Positions 62,501 to 64,000 of a stretch of DNA of 64,000 nt are shown here, piece after piece. The stretch is from Mobula hypostoma (Eukaryota): contig NC_086101.1 of the NCBI RefSeq assembly GCF_963921235.1, forward strand, positions 10,542,001-10,606,000. Direction: 5' to 3'. Numbering within the stretch: the first letter of the stretch is position 1; the number at the start of each line of letters is the position of its first letter. The position numbers and the translations under genes were made by a program. Under the pieces are notes generated by a model. It worked only from the letters and a program-made list of their open reading frames with translations, did not search any database and was not told the DNA's origin.

Positions 62501-63822
62501 TCTCATCTAGGTAGGGTCTCATACCCTCAGGGACACAACCTTTAAACTGCTCAATCAGGATCAGCTGTAGCAGTCTGTCATAATCCCCCTCTACCCCCTT
62601 CGAGGCGCACCAACGCTCACAACATGTCTGCATCTCATGGGCAAACTCTAAATACGTGCGGCCCCACGTGCATTCCGGAACCTCTGCCGGTATGCCTCCG
62701 GGACCAACTCATAAATCCTGAGGATGGACTCTTTCACCACCTCATACCTCTGGGCATCTTCCGCGGACAAAGCTGAGTAAGCTTGTTGGGCTTTCCCTTT
62801 CAGTACACTCTGAAGCAAAACAGCCCACTTATCCCTCGGCCAGTCCTGACTTGTAGCAACTTTTTCGAAATGGAGGAAGTACCGATCCACGTCGGTATCC
62901 TCAAATGGGGGAACCAGCCTAACCTCCTGGGTCACCCGGAACCCTCCACCTTGGTTCGGCATGGGCCCTTATCCTTAACTTCTCCAGCTCGAATTCCCTT
63001 TCCCTCTGTTTCTCCTCTCGCTCCAACTGTCTCTCTCTCTCCTGCCTTTCTAACTCTTTCTTTCTCCTGCCTTTCTAACTGTTTCTCTTTCTCCCGCCTT
63101 TCTAACTCTCTCTCCTGCCTTTCTAACTCTCTCTCCTTCTCTTCTCGCTCCAACTGTCTGTCCCTCTCTTTCTCTTCTCACTCCAACTGCCATACCCGGA
63201 ACTCATGCTCGAGTCTCAGTTTTTCAAGCTGCACCTGTACCGCGTCTCCAGCAGGTTTTTCAATAGACACCACCCCCAGCTCGCCTTGGAGAAACACACC
63301 TTTAGATGCATAGTGCTCTACGATAGCTCTGTGTATCTCCTCTCTCCTCATTGTCGACTTCCCCTTAGCAAGATTCAACCGTTTGGCCACAGCTGCCAAT
63401 TCCGATTTCCTGGCATCCTCCAATGCCTCCAAGGTCGGCGCCTTTATAAGTTCCTCAGCCTCCATTTCTGCTGTTTGTCTTTTCTTTCTTTCGGGAATTT
63501 TGACCCAATCAATTTACTCCGTCCCAAATTTAGCGTTCAAAATTGCAGACGAGAACCCCACTTATGTTACATACCCCGTAGCAGGAATGGATCACTCAGT
63601 TGGAGTCTGGATTACTAGAACTAAGAAAGTTTTATTAAAGAAACAAGCAACACAGTACTCTAAACACAAGGATAATGAATGCAACAGTTCAGCAATGATA
63701 AACATACATGTACACAGAATTAAGATAACAGGATCAATCAAGCTCTATCGTTGTCTAGGGGTAAATGACCAGTTTCAAAGTGACGCAAAGTTCAGTTCAA
63801 TTTAGTTCAGTTCAGTTCGCAG
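59567..63822 (-). mobile_element. Gmr1-like Gypsy LTR element, internally deleted, copy B (5' LTR interrupted)
   Basis: 3' LTR 59567-60459, PPT AAGGGGGGAAG, PBS TGGGGTTCTCGTCTG, 5' LTR from 63565. Gag lies at 63465-62460 and ORF 60867-62450 follows. Confidence 0.93.
60867..62450 (-). pseudogene. 527-aa open frame: gag zinc knuckle, protease, then fused INT and RT remnants
   Basis: CYNCGKVGHFASRC, RDTGA, LLGNDLAG, LAHKVPPGGHF, HPCRM|SNSV, CIGD. The upstream gag has a stop and frameshifts. Confidence 0.85.
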
Positions 63823-64000
63823 TGTTATGTACCCCGTAACTGGGTTGCCAAACCAGCAGAAATGGATCACTCAGTTGGAGTCTGGATTACTGGAACTAAG
63901 GAAGTTTTATTAAAGAAACAAGCAATACAGTACTCTAATCAAAAGGATAATAAATGCAACAGTTCAGCAATGATAAACACACATGTACACAGAATTAAGA
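63823..64000 (-). mobile_element. Second LTR of the same family, inside or adjacent to the 5' LTR of copy B, running off the window
   Basis: TGTTATGTACCCCGTAACTGGG restarts at 63823 after ..TTCGCAG. Confidence 0.85.

Overview
This is eukaryotic DNA made almost entirely of nested, mostly decayed transposable elements. The repeat content (CR1 LINEs, V-SINEs, Rex1/Babar, Penelope termini) suggests a cartilaginous fish such as a ray or shark, which is an inference. I could not support any host protein-coding gene, rRNA, tRNA or CRISPR array. The window holds: many CR1 LINE copies, one with an uninterrupted 746-aa ORF2 segment; Rex1/Babar LINEs; an L1/Tx1 3' half; a Nimb/I-group LINE (ORF1 with 3 CCHC knuckles, ORF2 APE-RT-RNase H); a full-length CsRN1-clade Gypsy element (LTRs, tRNA-Trp PBS, PPT, CCTT target-site duplication [TSD]); two Gmr1-like LTR elements; solo LTRs; Chapaev3, mariner and Tc1 remnants; Penelope termini with minimal hammerhead ribozyme motifs; and a ~2.3-kb decayed Gypsy segment present twice, each copy with different later insertions. 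The best lead is the Gmr1-like pair. The two copies have diverged but share the same pol deletions (integrase core, RT N-terminal half, most of RNase H) while keeping gag-protease, which points to a long-lived non-autonomous gag-protease family. Most ORF-track entries are antisense shadows of TE ORFs. All calls come from reading motifs by eye, with no database search, and boundaries lacking a TSD are approximate.
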